Under the pieces are notes generated by a model. It had not been told where the DNA came from and did not search any database. It saw only the letters and a program-made list of their open reading frames with translations. This document shows, piece after piece, positions 37,203 through 51,052 of a stretch of 64,000 nt of DNA. Every line of letters starts with the position of its first letter. The stretch's first letter is position 1. A program made the position numbers and the translations under genes. Source of the stretch: Zancudomyces culisetae HAW-14-8. Taxonomy: Eukaryota > Fungi > Kickxellomycota. The stretch is from the NCBI GenBank assembly GCA_052426225.1, contig JBNJNM010000015.1, positions 1,674,001 to 1,738,000 of the forward strand, given 5' to 3'.

Positions 37203-37820
37203 TTAAAACTTTACAAAGTAGTTGGCTTTGTAGTATTTTAGCTCTTCCAGACTTTCATAAATATCGTCCAGGGCACGGTGACTGTTTTTTGTTTTCGTGT
37301 ACACAGGAGGGAGTGCATCATTGGTGCTCTTATTTTTGGACACTGAGACTGTATTAGTTTCTACAACATCCAAATTGCTATAATACCACCGGTTCACAAG
37401 CTCCTTTATTGAGCTCACATCTATTATGCGATAATGGAGGTACTGCTCGACCAATGTTGGCATATACTTTCGTAAAAACAAGAGATCCATATGAACAGTG
37501 TTTCCAGCAAGTATCAGTTTCTCATTGGTATTCTTCTGCTTGCTTAGAACGTTAATCTGTTCGATGATTGCTCGCTCAGCAGTATTAACATCAGTAGTAG
37601 ACTCCAAAACGCGCTGTGTTAGGCCACTTTTCCCGTGCTGCTCTACACACCAAGCATTCATATTGTCAAGAATGTCCTTTGGTTGGTGAATTACGAATTG
37701 TATTGGCTCACCAACCGCCTCAAGAGAGTTGTCGGTAAATATAACCGCTATTTCGAGGAGTTTGTCGATTTCGGGATCTAACCCAGTCATTTCACAGTCT
37801 ATCCATATTAATTTTGCCAT
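37203..37820 (-). CDS. REX2: Oligoribonuclease (Orn/Rex2, DEDDh exonuclease)
   Basis: LIWIDCEMTGLD, LLEIAVI.TD, WC..QHG.SGL, LAGNTVH.D..FL, HYRIIDVSSIKEL, HRALDDI.ES..ELKYY. Confidence 0.94.
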   Translation of the reverse strand: MAKLIWIDCEMTGLDPEIDKLLEIAVIFTDNSLEAVGEPIQFVIHQPKDILDNMNAWCVEQHGKSGLTQRVLESTTDVNTAERAIIEQINVLSKQKNTNEKLILAGNTVHMDLLFLRKYMPTLVEQYLHYRIIDVSSIKELVNRWYYSNLDVVETNTVSVSKNKSTNDALPPVYTKTKNSHRALDDIYESLEELKYYKANYFVKF

Positions 37821-38392
37821 CTCGTCTTTTTTTTTTCTTCCCTTTATGCTGACTTTTAAAAACAGTTTGAAAACAGGATTGTTGATGCCAACTTGTCGAT
37901 CATCGGTTTACTCTTTAAATTTTATTTTCTATTGTGTGTCGTGTGTTATGTGTTTGTGGGTAGGGTGGGGGGTGGTATCTTCTAGGTTGTCGTTTTTCGG
38001 TTTATGTTTAGAAAAATAATATGCCTTGCTGATTGATGCAATTGAATTTTAAAAACAGCAAATAGATTTGAAAAATGCAGTAATAATGTGCTGTTTTTGA
38101 TCCTATAAAAAATTAGATTGATTTTTCAAATATTGTTCAACAAATCCAAATGTGTGATTGAACCACCAACAAAAACTGTCGCTTAATCGTGGTTAACTTG
38201 ATTCTAGTTAAGGGAAAAAAAAGGTCATTTAAAATTAAGGGCACTAAATCGGTCTTTTTTACCTTTATAGTTTTACTTTTTTTTTAATAGTCCACCAGGT
38301 ACACTTACTTTATTATATCCTTGTCAAAATATAAAATAAGCCGACTTGATTATCACCAAGTAGCTATAGCCAAAAGAAAAATCCCACAGAAA

Positions 38393-39406
38393 ATGTTGAG
38401 ACAAGTCAGAGTAGAACACCCACAATACTACGATAGTATTATCAAAGAGGAGTTGCGGCTTAACAAGCACGTTTATGTTCTGTTTTATGGTAAGATTAAC
38501 TATATGAATAAACCTTTATATTGTATCCAAATTATAAATTGGTCTACTTGATAAGAAAAAAGTAGTGCATTAATACCAAAACGCTAAAATAATATAACAA
38601 GAGTAAACAAATTTGCAACTAATTATCACAGGTAGAGAAAAGCCTGAAACTGGAGTCAGCTACTGCCCAGATTGTGTAAAGGGTAAGACTTTCTGTTGAA
38701 ACATACACGTTCTGTTGTTACACGGTATTCTATGTTCAGAGTAATATGCAAACAGGTGGTGAATACAAGTGTGGACTTATCACCTAAACTGTGAATATAT
38801 GATTTACGTATAGCCGACCCATTGATCCTAAAGGCGTTGAATGATTTGGACAAAGAAATAACTTTGGTTGTGGTGTTAGTTGACCGAAAATCAGAGTAAG
38901 TTTCGTTTTTTTGCACTTTTCTTGTACTTTTTTTTATTAGATATTTATCAGTTACAAAGTAATTTGAGGGTTAGGAAAAGACAGTTTCCAGTTTCCAGTT
39001 TTCAGTTCCCAGTTTCGCCATTATTATCAATATCATTATAATTCTATTATTTACTATCCAGGCTGGGAACTTACTCAATAAGCTTACCAACTTTGCATTC
39101 TACTCTACCCTAAATAGCTTGGATAGCCCCACAAACATTTACCGCACAAGAGATGATATCAAATTAACAGCCGTCCCTACATTGACAGCGATGAACGCGG
39201 TATGTTATGACTCTTCTTTTACTTTTCAGTTCTACCACTGACTGGTATGATTTGAACAACATTGTTTAACTTGGGTGTATGAATATTTTCAATGACTTTC
39301 ACTTAATATCAAATAGGAAAGCTGTACTCTAGTCAGCGAGAGGCTTGTTGAAGAGGAATGTTTTATCTACAAGGACGTTCAGACTTTTATCAACAGCCAC
39401 TACTAA
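38393..39406 (+). CDS. TXNDC17/TRP14-like (DUF953) thioredoxin, 133 aa (5 exons: 38393-38489, 38632-38682, 38814-38895, 39118-39199, 39317-39406)
   Basis: Hand-spliced: MLRQVRVEHPQYYDSIIKEELRLNKHVYVLFYGREKPETGVSYCPDCVKADPLILKAL...DSPTNIYRTRDDIKLTAVPTL...RLVEEEC. Four phase-consistent GT-AG introns; exons total 402 nt. Confidence 0.88.
38982..39016. repeat. 7-bp tandem repeat (CAGTTTC)x5 in intron 3 of the thioredoxin gene
   Basis: cagtttc cagtttc cagtttt cagttcc cagtttc. Confidence 0.75.
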
Positions 39407-39494
39407 ATCTATATACCTGTTGAATAGTTGAAATTGCCACCCTACTTTATTTTCTCAGTGTTTCAACAATCAATAAAGCAAATATGTGATAAAA

Positions 39495-42400
39495 CTACAA
39501 ATAACTAGCCCAGCCAATATACATTTTGAATAGTTTGTAGGGGTCAACAGCCTCTTTTATAAGCTCATCAACTTGCCCATTAGCAGAAAGTTTGACATAT
39601 TGAAGATATCCATCAAGTTTCAACCTGATTCTGTCAAGTGCGTAGTTGGCAAATTCGTTGACAACGACTATATTGGCATCTTTAATAGCCTGTTGTTTGT
39701 CCTTGTTGTCTTTTTTGCCTTTCCTCGTGCTCACTGATGAATGCACTTTGTTAGAAAAATTCCACTCTAATAAGGGATCATGCACAAATGTGTCCAAAAC
39801 CGACATCAGCGGATCCTTGTGTTTGCGAAGCAGTTGTGTAGTGTGCTCACAGTGGGATCTAAACACTCCCTCATACCCAGTAACGCCCATGGCGTCGACC
39901 ATGTTGTGTGTCAGCCTAAACGGAACTAGTTCAGGTTTTTCAAGCTTCAGCCCCTTTTCAAACAAACAGTTGAAATCCACATGCATTACGCGTCCAGTGG
40001 TTTGATCTATCAAAATATTTTCACAATGACGGTCACCCAATCCTACTATGTACCCAACAATTGACATCACGGCCGCTGATGATGCAAACCCTGTTCTCGA
40101 GCAAATAAAGGCTGCACTATTGGGAAACCGCTTCATAAACCATTTGTACAGCATTGATGGGAACCGTGGTAGAACTACTTGTGTGAAATAGTCGCCAAAG
40201 TCTTTGATACGCTGTGCATGCTGCGGATTCTGACGAAGAAATTTTTGCAGCTCAGCTGACGAGTTATTTGTGTTTAAGAGTAGTAGTGATCGGATCTGTG
40301 AATGACTTACTGCGACATTTGCCAGTTTGTATTCGTCAATAATCAGTTGGCGCATCGGCACTGTGTTATTTACCCACTCTATAATTCCACACTCTTCATT
40401 AAGGGGAACGACGCTGTATGTTTTTATCCGCATTTCCCTGTTTCGATTGCTTTCCATCAAAATTTTGTTGATTAGCGAATTGAATTCCATCAGCCGACTG
40501 TCCTTGCGCAAATCGTCCTTTGGTTTGCATAAAAACGAGTATACAACTCCGTCAGTTCCCAGTACTGAAATTTTCTTGGGTTTCTGTAGGGAATTCATAA
40601 TGAGTAACTCGTCAAGAAATCCAGAAACCAGCGGTAATTTGTGAGGAAATGGGTTTATTGTGGTATTGCTTGCTGCTGGTGTTGCTGATGTTGTTGTTGG
40701 TAATATGTTTGTTGGTGTAGCGATGGAGTTTTCTGTGGCAAAAAACGGCAGATTTGGTACCAGTGAATTTTGAACAGGTATCAAAATCATGTTATTCAAA
40801 AGGCAAAAATCGTTAAGCCGATTAAAGCTCGAATGCAAATTAAACAACGATACCTTGTTGCTACCTTTTGTCGACGACGATGGTGGATGGATGTTGCACA
40901 ATTTGATCAGCAAATCTGAGATGTTTGTTGTTTGTTCAAATATTTGGATAGTTAGTGCATCACAGCTGTTTAGGATTTCAAGACATCTTTTGTTTCGATC
41001 ATTCACTGTAGACTTCGAAACTGCTATAAGCTGCCAAATAGTCTGTTGCGGGTACGCCATTATCACTAGTCGCAAAAACATACCCAACACATCAGTTATT
41101 TTGGGGTTGGGATGTGTAATACAACTAGCCATCTGCGAAAATGCAAACAACACATTGTATGGGGAGATACGATTGGCCAGATTTATCATGATTTTGGTCG
41201 CAAATGTAAACCGCTCATTATTGCTCACCCCACCACCACCACTGTTATTGTTTATTGTACACATTAGTGTCCCAAAATTGACCCACACTGTTAAAAGTCG
41301 GGTAATTGAAACATACAAATATTTTGAGCTTTTTAAGCATACGCGGCTGTAGTGTTTTATCAAATAATAATGGAGTGTGGATATGTGTGTAGCTTGTTTT
41401 CCCGTACATTTATGGATGCTTATTTCGCTGGTTTCCAAGGTCGACGCCAGAACCTTGTCATACTCTTTTCCCAACGCGTAGTGTGCATTTATGTTGTTAT
41501 CCTGTACCGTCAGTATTCCTTCGTATTGCTTCAACAGACTCGACGATGAAACCAAATCAGTTTCTCCTCGCCATTTCAATGCTTGGATACCAGCGTCCAC
41601 ATATATACTCTGCAATTGTTGCTGAATAGTAGTGTTATTTGTATTTTTTTGCGCATTGAGGCTATTACCATAGCCTTGAGCCGATCTTGTGTCATTTTTC
41701 TGTTTCGACTGCTGACTACCAATCACGACCGGCATGTTGTTGTAATATTCGATCTTTGTGATTATTTCATGCATGACATTTTCCATCATATCCATAGCCA
41801 AATTTTTGTTGTTTACTGCAAATATTATTCTAGCCATTTCTGTTCTGATCATAGCCTTGACCAAGACGTTTTCGTCCAGCTCATCCATCGAACCAGCCAC
41901 ACTCTTGTCGAGAGTAGAGCCTTTGAGGTACTTGGTCATTGTACTGTACGCACTATTTATATGGTTGCTATTTCTAAAGCTAAAAAGTTCAGCAAGTACC
42001 GTTCTATACATAAAGTTTTTAACTATATCCATTTCTTTTACACAGCTAGGTGATGGTGACACACCAGTTGGTCCTGAGTTTAGGGTTTGGACTCGTCCCT
42101 GCTGAAATTTTTTCATTAACATGGTCGATAATTGTGAGTGAAGAGACAAGATTGGCTCTTTTACTTCGTAGATGTTTAGCAAGCCCATTGTGGCCCTGCG
42201 ATTCAACAGTCCAAGTACTCTTTTTAGTCTATCAATGGCTGTTTGCTGTTCATCGCTCCCCTTATCACCATCACTACCACCACCACTACCGCCTCCATTA
42301 CCACTATCGTTGCTATTACCAATACCACGACTTGTAGCCCCTGTGTTGCTGTTTGCCGCATCACATAACTCTGAAAGTACGATCTCGATATCCGCCAAGA

Positions 42401-45400
42401 GATGAAGTTTAGTGTTCATTTCGTCTACTTGGTTTGTTCCGTTTAAATCCTCAGTATTCGTTACTATCATTAGCCTAGCCGCATCTATATCCTTATTTAT
42501 CATTTTTTTGATTTGCATAGTATCAACGTTGCCACTATAGCTTTGATATCCAGAGATAAAATCAAATTTTATCAGTTTTGAAAGATTCGTTAAAATCGAA
42601 TTTACGCTACTGTCAAAGTCGTACAGTCGTTCATTGTTTCCATAAGCTCCGTTTGTTTTATTGTTTTCGTTGGAAATGCTGAATAGCTTATCGCCATTTA
42701 ACTCGTCGAGATCGTCATCCCACTTACCTAACCTCCAACTACTCGCTGCGTAATTCTTTTGCAGTATTCGTTCAACATTCGAGTCATAAAGGCTCTTATT
42801 TTTCTTGGCTTTTAGCTCCTGTAACATTTTTTCACTTGTTATGTATCTGGCTTTGTGGTTTCCGTTGTTGTACAAACTTTTCAAATAACCTTGTATCGAG
42901 TATTCACTATGTTCATTGATTTGTAGCTCCGCCTCGTAGGAAATGTAGTTTAGGTTTTCATTCACCTGAAATATCTCTTGATAAATGCTGTTATTGGCAC
43001 TGCTATTACCACCACCATAGCTACCACTACCACTACCATTTCCAAGGTCAATACCATAGCTGCTCTTGCTGTTAACACTATTACCATTACTGTTACTACT
43101 TGAACTATCCTTACCATACCCACCCTCAGAAAACACAGAATTTTCATCTCTGAACTTGTCCAGTTTTCTCTTTATCAAATTACACGCATTCATAGTTACA
43201 TAATCCCTTTTTGAACTTGAAAGCTTACTTGTGCGCTGAAGCAACGACTTTCTTTCTTCGTCATTCATAAAGTTTTTGCCCAATTTGTAAGCCTTTTCAA
43301 AACACTGTTGTGATCTATCATAGTCACCTATAAAATAGGCAGAGCTTGCAAAATATGATAGTGGTATTATTTTCCCGCTCACCAAAAACAACAAATAATA
43401 GTTTGCTCCAAAAATCTTTAAAACCTCTTGTACAAGGGTTTCTGTCGCACCGTTACCACTACCATTGATACTTCCACCATGACCACCATGACCACCATTA
43501 CCCCCACCACCACTGCTAGTACCATCATCAGTATTGCGGATCTCTGTTTTTTTATAATGTTCATTTTGTCGATCGCTGATTTTGTTTATTATTGTCGATA
43601 TCTTGTATATACTTTTCCCCCCACTCACTATACCATTTCCTATACCTGACCGATTGCTCATTGCACCCGTTCCAAAAGACGCCTCTATATATTCATAACA
43701 CTGGTCCAGTATCCAAAATACCGTTTTAAAGCACTTTATCAAATCCTCATTGCTGATCGCGTCATTGACTTCTGGATCAAACACCGCCTGTATCTCCGCC
43801 ACAATTACCCTGTCAAATAAACTATCATCCCCTTGATATCCTATATTCAAGTCATCCATAATCCGTATACTATATTCTCCAACCAGCTTATCCCTAGTAC
43901 TTTCTGGTACAAAATCCTCCTTTTCATACAAAAACTCGCTACTCAATTCGTCACTATTTCCATAGTTGTAGTATTTATACTGCCCAAGGTATATCACAAG
44001 CTGTGTAATAAGCGATATACTGAACCCTTCATCTGCAACTCGTGCTGCACTAAGACACTCGGTAAACACCTGTTGCACATAATTTGCTGGAAGACTTTTT
44101 ATTATTCGATTGAGCCAACTACTAATCCATTCCTCAAAACTTGTGCTGGTTTCAAAACAGCTTTTGATACCAATGTTATTGATTCCAGCATTTGATCCGT
44201 CACTTTCTCCACTTTGGTCCCGTGGCAGTGATGAAAATGATTGTTGCGCCATATTTTCGATTTTATATTTTGACTCTAATAGCGGTTCTATCAACTCCTT
44301 GATGTTTTCTGGAATTCTCTCCTTCCACGCCTTGCTCAGTTGCTGTCTTGTAAACACTGACCCATGCTTACCCCTTTCAATTCCTTCTTTACTCTTCTTG
44401 TTTTTTGCCCGACTATCTAATGTCAAAATATCTGAAAACCCACTTGTTCTAAGCAGCTGCTGAATTGAGTACGCAATACATGACTGTGCGTATGGCATTC
44501 TTGCCGTCAAAAAAAGCGGAAATAGTTGTGAAGATATCAATTCACAGCTATACACCATTGCTTCTTGCCTCCCAAATAGGCTGTACAACTTGGTTTTCCT
44601 TTTGTTGTGAATTTTACTAGCTCCTTCCATCTTTGTTCCTTTAATAACATCAATGGAGCCACTCCTATCCCCTTCTGTACTTACTAACCCTTGCCCAATC
44701 TGCCCCAAACACCTACCCAACGTCAATAGCATTTCGTTTCCTATCCTACTCTCCACCTCTCTTTTACCATCAATGATCGCCTTGTTCAGTGCACTATACA
44801 ACTCTTCCAACATTTCCGGAGGATCATCAAAGGCAAAATTATAACATTCCCTATACAATTCACTTATCGATCCGCCTAAATTCCGGTCATTCTCGTACAT
44901 ATTTTTTCTCAAGTAACTACCAGTAATTTCCGGTGAGTAAATCTGCGACTGGGTTGAGCTTCTGGTTACTCGTTTGATTGTAGCATCTTGAGCCTGCTCA
45001 AATCTGGTGCCATTTTTTTCAACACCACTATCACCATCGATACATTTGCCACCATTGTGAATTTGGGTTTGAGTTTGTTCAAGTCGATGATTTAGCTTCT
45101 CGGCTTCCTTCCTTTCATTTTCCTGTATCAGCTCCACCAACTGTTTTTTAATTTCAAATATGTCAACTTCGTTTAAAATATCTTCAACCTCCTTCCCGGC
45201 TGCTAACACCATAACTTTGTCTGTGTCTCGCATAATTTTCATCCCCAGATACTTTATTGTTTTAATCAAATCCCCTCCTACAAACCACTTGCCCGTACTG
45301 TCATGCTTAGATGTATAGATTTTACCATCTCGTCCCTCCTTTTCCGATGTCTCAATACTAACCGTCATCACTTTTCCCTTTATCTTTCCTTTATACAAGT

Positions 45401-48400
45401 CTTTTTCTCCTCTAATTCTGTACACAAACTCATCCTCTAATCGCTTGATTAGCTTATCGTCATCGTTAGCATTTTTGTCCACAATCGACTCTGTACGTCT
45501 TACCTCAGCCATCATTTTACACGAATACCCAACAATTTCCCTGAATAGTAATCTAGCTCCGCCAATGCATTTTTGACTGAAATCCTCCCTTAAATTATCC
45601 TTTGTGCTATCTAATTCAAAATATCTGAATTCTGGAATTGGACACAAATTAATCCAATTCCTCAACACAAACTTTGCACGGCTGATCAGTATATCCACTA
45701 TGATATTATTCGTAGCCACTAGCGTCTCCTCTATATCGCTTCCGCAGTATTTTTCATCCGAAAGTGCAACGTAATAAAACTCCACCAATGGAACCAACAA
45801 ACTGTTTATGCCCTCCGCATTCAGCTCTACACGTTCCAACACCTTTACAAGTGTCCCAAATGTCGAAAGTGCTTCTTTTCTCAGCTGGTTGTTTTTGAGG
45901 GGCACGGTCAATGTCAGTATTATCGCCGGTAAATACTTTTTGGTATGAAACCTCAATAACTCAAAGATCCCTCTCAACGCTCTTAATCCTGCCTTCTGTT
46001 GCCTCAGTACCCGTTCCTTTATCTTGATCTTTCCCTCAACACCTTCACAACTCTTTTTATCAAACAACTCGTTCAAGTTGGCCAAAATTCCGAGCAAACA
46101 CCTATTTGCGAACTTTGCTCTTGAGCCATCTCCCAACTCGATTGTTTCCCCCCAGACTCCTTTATAATTTTCTTTTTTTCTCTCTCTCTTTTTTTCTCTT
46201 TGTCTTTCTCCTTCTCTCTCTCTTTTTCTTTTTCTTTTACCATTGCCACCACAAATGCCGTCACTTTCGTATCCGTTTTTATTTTCGCTTTCACTTCCAC
46301 TTCTATATTCGCTTTTATCTCCATCTTCACTATGATCATCCTTTTCCTCTCCATTCTGTACATTACAATCGTCTTTTGACCAACTTTTTTCTGACTCGGA
46401 CCGTTGCTGCTGCCCTTCTTCTTCGCTAATACTTTTGTATAACTGCGTACTTACATCTTTTTCATTTCTCATAGATTCGTTTTTGTTTCCAAAGACAGAT
46501 TCTATAACCATTTTAAACGCACCCATTCCCCTCTCTCGAATACTCTTCTTCGTATCCCCGCTTGCTAATGCCAAACTGTATATTAACTGAACTGAACAAC
46601 TTTTGAACAAACTATCTACAGTAATCCCCAAGTTTCCATCGCCTCCCGTACCCAGACTCAGTAGGTCTAGGTACAGTTTTAAGCTCTTCTGCGTGTTCCG
46701 TTCGTCCAACAAAAATATCCTATGAAACACTGCGTGTGCCGCCTTTATACACGTCACTGCTACATTCTCGTTCAAAATACTACACATATGTTTCATTACC
46801 TTTACGTTTCCCTGTACAATCAAGTATGCGACTATTTCATCCCTAAAGCAAAGAAAAAAATCTCTCTCTGTTTCGTACCCCATTGTTCTTGTGAGTTTTG
46901 GAAACAATTTTGGTCGTGTTTCTACTATTTCTGTTATCACTCCTGATAACCTGTGAATGTTGTTTTTAATCAACTCGTGTGTCTCTATGCCTTTATACAC
47001 CGATACTTTTTGCAGCTGTTCATACGCTATCCCCTGTAAATATACATCTTTGCAACCATAATATTCCAAAAGTACTTCTATACTGTCATCAAAGCTATCC
47101 TCACTCGTATCAGATGCCCGTGCAATGCTACCATGTAGCGCTATTATCCCATCCAACTCAGTATCTCCGTTGGTGTGCTTAATTTTTTTCGCTTCTTCCA
47201 CCAATGCTCTTCGGTTTATTGCTTTTAGCTTCCCGATCTTTTCGTCATCACATTCATATTGCGTTGTATATGCCTCTAATACCTTCACTGAGCTCGCTCG
47301 AATCTCCTGCACATTACACATCAGCATTCTGACTGCCCCGACTCCATATGGTGATCCTCCTAAATAGATATCCTCTACTGGAGCGTGCTCAACAAATCGC
47401 TTGATGCTATGCATAAACTTTATCCTGACTATATCATGTTGGTGATTCAACATTAAATTCCAGTATTTTATCCATTCGCTCATTGATACTTTATCTCCGC
47501 TCTTGTCTTTTGTGGTTTGTCTCAAATCACACTTTTCGCAAACATATTTGTTTTTTCTAGCTCCTAGATTATACTTATTTTCAATTAGCAAATAACCTGA
47601 CCTTGCACACGCAATGTACCCCAACATTTCTGATGCAGTCTCCTTCAATCTTTCAACCCCTTCCCCTTGCTCTTCGCTTTTATACATATATTCGTCTATT
47701 CTTGCATTTTCTAGCAGTTTCGTGGCTACACCTGACTCTCCATTTATCCATCCAATAGAAAACAATTTTGGCAACCCACGCCACAGCACATTTAGTATCT
47801 TGTATCTATCCTTTTTCTTTAAACACATGCACACAAATTCTATTAGCTCCTCTATAAATTCCACATTATCGAAATTGTGCAAAAATATCCACTCAATTCC
47901 GTGTAACTGGCTGTCCTGAATTCTTTCTCTGCCTTCGCTACTAACTGCTACGTTTCCTGTACATTCATCCAATATTTTTTCAAGCTCAAAAGTAAATTTG
48001 ACAAGAGTGAATACTTCCACCGTGAGTTCTTCATTTCTATCGCCTATTCGTTTGAATAATTTATTATTACATGCATTTTAACAGTAGCGTATGGCCAGAA
48101 AGAACACTTACATTTTTCTGAATTCAAAAGCAATTTTATCAGTTTGCAGTATAAATGTATGAAATCCTCCAATTTCTCTGGATCTTCTTGTTCAATCTCG
48201 ACTACAACTAATTCCGCAACATATTCTTTAATTGTTTTTTTGATTGCCTCGGCTTTCTCAACCACACTGGAATTCTTAAACGAAGAGATCTTGTCAAGAA
48301 TCTTTATTACTTTTTTCACGGATCTGTTCGCCCCAACACGTTTAGTGTCCAAAACAACACTTTTGATTTCATTTTCGACCTTTATGATGTCTAGTTGCTC

Positions 48401-48460
48401 TTCAAAGTCCGAATCATACAAGAATTCTTCCTCTATTGTTCGTTTTCTCTTTCTATTCAT
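39495..48460 (-). CDS. MEC1: PIKK kinase ATR/Mec1/Rad3, ~2965 aa (2 exons: 48460-48112, 48043-39495)
   Basis: SLQKPKKI, FLCKPKDDLRKDSRLMEF, PLNEECGIIEWV, GLGDRHCENI, HVDFNCLFEKG..L..PE.VPFRLT, FATC ending MYIGWASYL. A 68-nt GTAAGT..AATAG intron joins ORF 48044-48460 in frame. Confidence 0.93.
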
Positions 48461-49430
48461 TTGCGTTATATCGTTTGAATTATTTGACTCGGGTCTATTT
48501 TACTGTACTGTTCTTCTTTTGATAATTGTTTTATTTAGCTTTAGCCTTGTACTTTTCCCCTTGCTCCAATTAGCAATGGATGCTCTACATTATGTTTTTT
48601 CTTTAACCAATTTGTGAAGAAGAAAAAATGGGTCAGCAATATTCTAATGCTTTTTTCTTTTGTGCGTAGATTGGCCGCTTTCAGCTTTCCTGATTTTTTC
48701 GAATCAAATTTGGCTGTTTATTTTAGTGCACAAGCGCTTCAACCTGCCAATGGTATCGAGTTAAACTCGAAAACCTGGCTTCATATTTTTTCATTTTTAT
48801 AAATAAAAGGCAACATGAAGCTTCCTGTTTACTGTATTCAATACATCGGCAAATAAAAGGAGAACCAAATCTGAGTAACTAGAGTCTAGATAGTACTCTA
48901 CATTGAATTTATCCCATATGAATGGGTCAAGTACAGTTAACTTCTTTTCTTTTCGAGCATCCTAACCATAAATATGTGGAATCTTTGAGCTAAAGGGCTC
49001 TTGTACCGTTAATTATTGAAGTACAACACTACTCAAACCGAATGAACGTATCTGCCTACATTTCAAGATATGAGGTAGTGAATTTTTGAGTTTTCGACAG
49101 CCCAGTTTGGCTATGTCTTTATTGAATATAAAACAGCTTGATGATCCAGAATTAACGCTATTCTATATTTTAGTAAACCTGAGAATACTAGCTCTAAGAA
49201 AAAGCCATCCAGTTCTGTCTGCGAGTTTTGAACCTATTCGCTCGTCAGATAATTTGGTCATAAATAGCCTTCACTAATTTGGACTTTTCAGCCGTTTTGG
49301 CGGATTTTCAACTACGCCTATCTCATTTTTATTGGTTGAATTGATCGATTTATGATATCAAATCAGAATACAATTATGTTGCTTGGTGTGTCTATAATCC
49401 ACCAATTCACGAAAAATTTAATTGCCAAAA

Positions 49431-49466
49431 TAATAGCAAAAATAATAGCAAAAATAATAGCAAAAA
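49431..49466. repeat. 12-bp tandem repeat (TAATAGCAAAAA)x3
   Basis: Three exact consecutive copies. Confidence 0.8.
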
Positions 49467-50072
49467 TGGCTACCTGAAATTAATCGAGGGAGTATAGCAA
49501 CTATGTTAAAAGTCTTTATGTGTAGAAGAGTATTCTTTTATTCAGACCTAAAGTTAAATAATATTAAAAAACCTACCATGTAGCGAATAACTGGCAAATT
49601 TAAAACAATACCTGATAACTACACATTACCGCTCGTACATATTCAAGATGCAATATTTCGCCATTATGTTGGTGTACACCACAGAAAAATATAAATTAAT
49701 ACATTGACCCGGACGCAAAACACACCAGCACTATCATTCTCGTTTAAAATTGAAATATATTTAGTAGCGGAATAGGCCAACTGTTAGTAATTACCAACTT
49801 GGTCCAACTTAAAGGGTACAGGTTAAATTAAAATAATTTAATTTATATTCTGGTGAGTGTGCTTTCTTGTGTTTTTGAGATATACGAGGCAACGCAATAT
49901 GGTTTTAAGTTTAGAAATAGACGTGTATAAAGTCATACTTTTAACAGAGCTAATTTTTTTTAAAATATACAAATAATAGGCACCTTTTTAATATAAATAG
50001 TAGACTTTACCAATAGTTTTTACATTTTTTTACTACTTAGAATAAAGAACACCACATCAGAAAGAAGAAAAA

Positions 50073-50633
50073 ATGAAAGTCAAAGTATCAATTATGGTGG
50101 CGAGTACACTGCTTGTAAATATGGTACAGCCTAATAATCTAGCCATTATTAAAGACGCATCAAAGAAAAACGGATGTGCTCAGTATGGGAGCCCTGATCA
50201 CGTAAAAGAAATGATTGATGAGCTTGGTGTATTTAAGGATGTCGAGGATATTGTTGCATATACACGAGTGGCATATACCGATGAGTACGAGCTAACTCGT
50301 GGTAAATTCACTGAACGCTATCTGAAAGAGATTTGTGCTTCAAAGGCAGAAGGGGCCAATACCAAAATCCGAGCGCTGTACTTTGACGGATATGCAACTA
50401 CCAATAGGTCTACAAAAGTTAGCTGTGTGTACCCATACTTCAATACAGGGTCAGTAGGGGCTATTAATTCTATGGGCCCAGAAGACTTTTTTATAGAGTA
50501 CAAAATATGTACTAGAATGTACTCCTGTTTAATTACTGCCAGTATTGTTAGCCTGAGCAGCGGAGAAACGCGAAATCGCCCTAGAGATGATAGGTGTGTT
50601 TTTTCTATATACGCACCAGCAAGAAAGCTTTAG
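50073..50633 (+). CDS. Unknown 186-aa six-cysteine protein A, possibly secreted
   Basis: Clean ATG ORF, TATAAATA at ~49992, hydrophobic N-terminus, clear paralogy with the next ORF. Confidence 0.8.
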   Translation: MKVKVSIMVASTLLVNMVQPNNLAIIKDASKKNGCAQYGSPDHVKEMIDELGVFKDVEDIVAYTRVAYTDEYELTRGKFTERYLKEICASKAEGANTKIRALYFDGYATTNRSTKVSCVYPYFNTGSVGAINSMGPEDFFIEYKICTRMYSCLITASIVSLSSGETRNRPRDDRCVFSIYAPARKL

Positions 50634-51052
50634 TAACGAGTTTAGCACCGCAATCTGTTTTTTTTGTTTTTGTTTTTGTTTTTGTTTGGTAGTGATTAAT
50701 ATTGGTATGTTTGAGATCAAATAAATAAATGAAAAAACTAATAATACCGGTTGTATGGAAATATATAGTTTCTTGATTATTTTTGTATAAATAGTAAACA
50801 GCTGGTTTTTATATTAGATATTGATGAATGGAATACTTGTGAGTATAGTAAAAGTTCTGTACTAACATTAAACTTAAAATATACTCTAGTGGTTATCGAA
50901 AGAGGTTGTATAAAACCCATGAAAACTCGCAAAGAGTCAATGATTATCAGTTCTAGCAAAAAAAATTCTTTTTACGGTACTGGGTAGTTTGAATTGACTT
51001 TCAGCTTTATTTATAATAAAAAAATTGAAGAAATTGAGATATACTTGAGAAT

